Shown here: one piece after another, positions 59,176-64,000 of the stretch
How the letters are laid out: each line of letters starts with the position of its first letter
Position numbering within the stretch: position 1 is the stretch's first letter
From: Bugula neritina
Lineage: Eukaryota; Animalia; Bryozoa
Direction of reading: 5' to 3'
Assembly (NCBI GenBank): GCA_964035545.1
Contig: OZ037766.1
Span: 3,710,722-3,774,721 of the forward strand
Length of the DNA stretch: 64,000 nt
Program-made: the position numbers and the translations under genes
The notes under the pieces: model-generated
Database searches by the model: none
What the model was told of the DNA's origin: nothing
The model's input: only the letters and a program-made list of their open reading frames with translations

Positions 59176-62100
59176 ATGCTTCAATCATCGGATACTGAAG
59201 ATGAAATTAAAACTCAATCATTGTCACACAAACACAAAACAGTCATCATATCTGATGATGAAGACAGTGATTTTGAATCTTCAACACTTGAAAAGTTGCC
59301 AAATTCGGTGTCGAAAACTAAGAAAAAGTCTTTCAAAACTCGATGCGAAAGAAAAGGTTTGTCTAAATTATTTTGCTGTGTTGTGTAACAAATAAGTCAA
59401 GTTCAAAAGTTTTGTTTTTACTAAAACCGTAAAAGTTCAACTTTTTAAAAATATCAACGCCCGTGCTCCTCAGTTTTAACTTGTGGCTAAAGATAAAGCC
59501 AGTTTTCAATCATAGCCTGCCATAGCTTACTTTTTAAAATGCTTTCAACTTTGAAATTTAACTGGTGGTGATGAACTCCAAGTTTCTTTAAAGCTGCACA
59601 AACAAAATATAGTTTCAATTATATTTATTACTTTTAATATTATAAGAAATGATGAAACATGGATAGTTGTATAATCTTCAAAACCTACAAACACTCCTGA
59701 TTATTAAATGTTATCTATAATTTCTAAAATGTTGAGTTCCCTAAAATTAATTTGAGCCTTGCCACTCTTTTAGAAAAAGTAACTCCATCAAAGTGTAGAG
59801 CTTCCGCCAGCTCTACTGTGCAGTCAATGTTCAAGGGAGATCGACAGTCTGCTGCCGAGCGGTTTCTAGAGAACAATGAGTACAGCGACAGCGAAATGGA
59901 TGACTTCCTCAATGATGATTCTGAAGAAAGTAGCGATGGAGGCTCAAGTAGTTCAAATAGCAACGAAATTTTGTCTGAAGAGGTCAGTCTATAAATAGAA
60001 AGTACAAATAGAATATTTTGTTTATAATTAGCAGTTACCAGTATTTACCAGCATTGTATTATGTCTTTAATTTTGAGTCATGTTGTTTTGCTTAGAACTC
60101 CAATTCAGAAGACTCTGATATAGAGGAGCCACCACCCAATGTACTTACAGATTCTAATAAAAAAGTATGGTTTACCTTTTATATTCTAGAGATTAGCCAG
60201 TCTGTGCTTTATAACAGGGGTTTTTAGTTACCAAATTTCCGAGATGCAAAGTTTAATCGACTTAAGGACTTTTTTCATTGTGTTAAAGAAACAAAATTTT
60301 ATGATTAAATGCTTTTTTTGTATTATTGCCAATAACCTTTACTAGGGATGTAACCACTGACCTAGTGTTTACTAAACCCTAGACCACCCAGCTTGTGCTT
60401 TATAGTTGCATATATATTGTTGAGTTGCATTAACTGTTGCTACAGACAGTTGAAAATAAATTTGATGGTATTTTGCTGCATGAATATGATAGAGTTTTGC
60501 TGCATGAATGTTATAGAGTGAGATGGAAGAAAAGAGTGATGATGAGGTGTCGCCTATTAAGAGGCGAAAGTCTCAAAACCGAATAAATTCAGACGACAGC
60601 GACTGCTGTACCAGTGTCTTATCTAGTGGTTCTGAAAGCAGGTAGTTTTAGTACCTGCAATGTTAAGGGTTGTATATTATTTTAGCTTCTGACTTTCTCA
60701 TAAAATTTACTTTTTGTAATACTGGGAATATTTGTACTGGAAATACTCATATATAGTTTACAGCCAGATTTTATTTCCAGGCATATTGCAACTTAAGCAG
60801 ATATATTATTAATTTGATTCGTTGGCTATTATTGACTATAGATTATTTCAAATGTGAGCACTACTAGGTTCATAGTTTAACTCAGCTAATACATATAAAG
60901 TCTGCATAGTCAGTTAATGACTTACGTATGCTCTTAATGAGTAATATAAACCTGCTGATATTTGATGGTAGAGTGTATTTGTGCGGCAATCCTATTTTCT
61001 GATCATCCCCTGCTCACTCCTTAGTCCTCATTTTTCTTGGTTCAATACATGATGATGGAGTTTAAATACACAAAACCTGTAACAGTTCAGTTTTGTTTTG
61101 TATTTTCAATTCAAATACTTCTTCGTTTCATAGGAAATAGTTTGCCGTTAATTGAAGTCATTTTCTACTGTTTCTGGGCATTATTTAGCTCACCTGAAGT
61201 CATTTACCCAAAACAACGAAAGAGGAGAAAGAAACTCAAAAGAGTTTTAATGATTCCCGATTCGCAGGATGCTGAAGACAACACAGGCAATGAAAATGTA
61301 AACCACTGCAAATAATATCTAGGTCAAACCAATATTTAGGTTTATAGATAAATAAAATTAAACTTTATTATAATATAAGTCAATATTGTCTGCTATATAG
61401 GAAATGTTGTTTTTTTTAACTAGGTTAGTGCTGTCTTCTCTAACTAGGTCAATACTGTATGTTGCCGAAACTATAGTAGCTGTCATTGAAGTCAGTCAGT
61501 CTGTATATTAACATGTAATATATTTCTGTTGGGTTAGTTTTATTATATTGCTTTGCCAGAGTAACATGGATATCTTCAGTTGACTCTTCATCAATTAGTG
61601 TCAGATGTGTTTACAGTTGGAACAGAACAATGAGCATACTTCTGACGTACAAGTCCTGTCAAGCAGTGATGACGATGACATGAGTGACTTTATAGTCAGT
61701 GATTCTGACTCTGTTAGTGGGGAGGATGGTGCCACTCCTATATTTTACCCTCAAATTTCAGAGAACACGGCTAAAGATCAGCTGATGGACCCGAAACAGG
61801 TTGTTACTCTGCCATCTAGATGTATTGTTTACTTCCTTTGAAAACACTGAACTGTGGTCTAAACTCTGTAATATCATTGTTGGTCTCTAAACGTGTCAAA
61901 ACTTCACTGGTTTTTTGCAATGATTCATCTCTTTGTAGTCTGTAGAGAAAGAGAGGGAGAGGGAGGAGGGGAGAGGGAGGGGGGGAGGGAGGGAGGGAGA
62001 GAGAGGAAGGAGAGAGAGGGAGAGGGAGAGGGGGGAGGGTAGAGGGAGAGAGAGAGGGAGGGAGGGGAGAGAGAAAGAGGGAGAGGGGAGAGAGAGGAAG

Positions 62101-63624
62101 GAGGGAGAGAGAGAGGGAGAGGGGGGAGGGTAGAGGGAGAGAGAGGGGGAGGGTAGAGGGAGAGAGAGGGGGAGGGTAGAGGGAGTGAGGGAGGTGAGAA
62201 GAGACTTCAAGCTGTTTTAATATAAATTGTGTCTAAAACTATTTTGTTTTTAGCAAAATCCTATGTTATTGTGGTTCATAGTGTAAGCTGCATGTGACTG
62301 GGTTGAGCTAGAAGTGTGTACTGTTGTGTTATGTCGTTATGATGTTTTACATTTTATAAATGTTTGTGTTTGCTTTCAGTCTTGTCTGCTGCTTTTTTCA
62401 GGCATTTTCAGTGGTTGTCGAGTCGATGATTCTTGGATCTCGGGATGAGGATTTCTTCACCTCTTCAGATTTTAGAGAGAATGACGGTATAGCGACTGCT
62501 TTTAGAAAAGTTTTTGATCCTCTCCTCCTTTTGGAGAAAGACGTGAGAAGTCAAGCTTGGTCCAAGCAATTTGCTGTGAGTGAGTCGTCCTCTACTGACA
62601 AGCTCTTAGCATTCTCTTGTTCCAGATTCATGTCTAAGAGTAGATTTCACAAGCTTACTGATCGACAAGGTTTACTTAAGAGTAATTTTAGTGCTGTCCA
62701 AAAGTTTATGTCTATTACTTGATAAACATTGTTGTTGTTATTTAGATAATAATTGTTTACTTTACAACTGCCAAAAGAGATTGTAGGTATATAAATCTTT
62801 TTGTAACTGCCGAATACAGATTTAAAATGTGTTGTTTTTTTAACGAAGACGGCACTGGAGTACCCAGAAATATCGTCCTGGAATAAAGGCAATTCCGGTT
62901 GGCAAATCTGCGAAGCGTGTAACAGATCTCAGCGTTACGCCTCACAGGAAGTCAGTCTGACTGGGCGTCAATATGATAGACATTCTCTGAAAGTAAGTAA
63001 ATTGTGGGGAAGGAAATGGGCAGAATCTCTGGGATTTGGAGTTGTCTGCCAATACTAATCAATGCCGAAGTAGTTTCTGCTTCAGCAAACAACCAATTTT
63101 TGTCTGGGGTTTAGAGTTAAACATTAAGTGAAAAAGTCTGATGTTTTGTGGCTAGAAACTGATTTATTGCCATGGTTACCATTCCATCATATTTAAGTTA
63201 TTGTTTTTAATGTTGGACAAAACGTACTGCTTACATGCATATGTGGTTAGTGGTGGTTTTCATTGCTTCTGATGCAATGTAGCAATGTCATCATTTCAAA
63301 CAGCGACAATCACCCAATGATCCTTGAACACAGTATAGTGTAAATGTTGGTCATCAATCCATGCAAATCGTTAATATCTAGTTTTTATAATTTATGGAGC
63401 AACATATTTTTTCATATTTATGTAGAAGTTAGTGATTGATGTTAAAACTGTTTTTAATGTTTTAGCCTTTGGCCCAACTTGATGAAGATGGAAGTGAAAG
63501 TTCCGACTCGGGTCCTAGGACTATGCACACATTCCATATTGGTGTTCATTGCGCGGAGAGATGCAGCATCTATCATGATATCCGTCACTTCAAGTACTTC
63601 CTCCTTCAAAGATGTAGGCAACAG
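59176..63624 (+). CDS. CCDC82: CCDC82-like / DUF4211-domain protein; 3'-partial
   Basis: Exons 59176-59356, 59774-59982, 60096-60164, 60517-60641, 61189-61297, 61617-61799, 62402-62575, 62849-62992, 63466-63624. Acidic Ser-rich N-terminal half with basic NLS-like clusters and DDMSDFIVSD, then SQAWSKQF-TALEYP, CEACNR, SLTGRQYD, FHIGVHCAERCSIYHDIRHFKY. The start codon is tentative. Confidence 0.78.
61944..62203 (+). repeat. ~260-bp polypurine (G/A) low-complexity tract in a CCDC82-like intron
   Basis: Almost exclusively G and A, with many GGG/GGGG runs. Confidence 0.95.
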
Positions 63625-64000
63625 GTATGTACTTCAGTGGATTAGCTCAGTGTACATTACTCTAAATTCAGTGTACCTATTTGATCAGGGCTCAAAACCT
63701 CATATCCTACTAATTACCAAGGGGTATCTCAAATTCTAGACGAACAAATATTGTTTTTACTTATTCACATAAGTATAGATTTTCTTAAATTTGAAAAAAA
63801 CCTTGCTTTTAAATTCAAAATCTTTTTCTGGTTTTGAGGTAGCTTGGTAATTTGAAACTAGTTGCAGTTTCGCATTTTATCTCTAAACTTTGTCTGAGGT
63901 TCAAGTTTGGTGGACACAAGTTTAAATGAAACGAAACTGCAGTGCTCGCTGCTGTACTCAATGCACACTAACATGAGGTGAGAAATATACAGTAAAATTC

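Noticed and set aside
61896-62210. Pro/Ser/Leu-rich minus-strand ORF
   Set aside because: Translation of the polypurine/polypyrimidine tract.

Overview
AT-rich, intron-rich animal (invertebrate, probably lophotrochozoan; species cannot be determined from this window) genomic DNA, not prokaryotic. Six spliced protein-coding genes were reconstructed by hand from GT-AG boundaries and reading-phase continuity: two tandem SLC22-family transporter paralogs (+, <924-5712 and 7267-15293), an SS18/SSXT-family gene whose SNH domain sits after a ~300-aa Q/P/M/N-rich region (+, 20622-23298), an SLC9A2/3-type Na+/H+ exchanger (-, 24297-36871), an alpha9/10-like nicotinic acetylcholine receptor alpha subunit (-, 44612-55779) and a CCDC82/DUF4211-like gene running off the right end (+, 59176->63624). 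The most unusual signals are: (1) four tandem repeats that copy or supply a splice junction (SLC22 donor, NHE acceptor, CCDC82 acceptor, nAChR donor); (2) three ~1-1.4 kb degenerate hexamer-periodic tracts sharing exact 14-20-mers, each next to the presumed 5' end of a gene; (3) the reversed domain order of the SS18-family protein; (4) a patchwork of near-identical and diverged exons in the SLC22 pair, with His versus Tyr at the TM11 charge-selectivity position; (5) an altered aromatic box in the nAChR; (6) several foldback/MITE-like palindromes. No tRNA, rRNA, CRISPR array or transposase ORF could be supported. Gene models and family calls are manual and motif-based, with no database search or RNA evidence.
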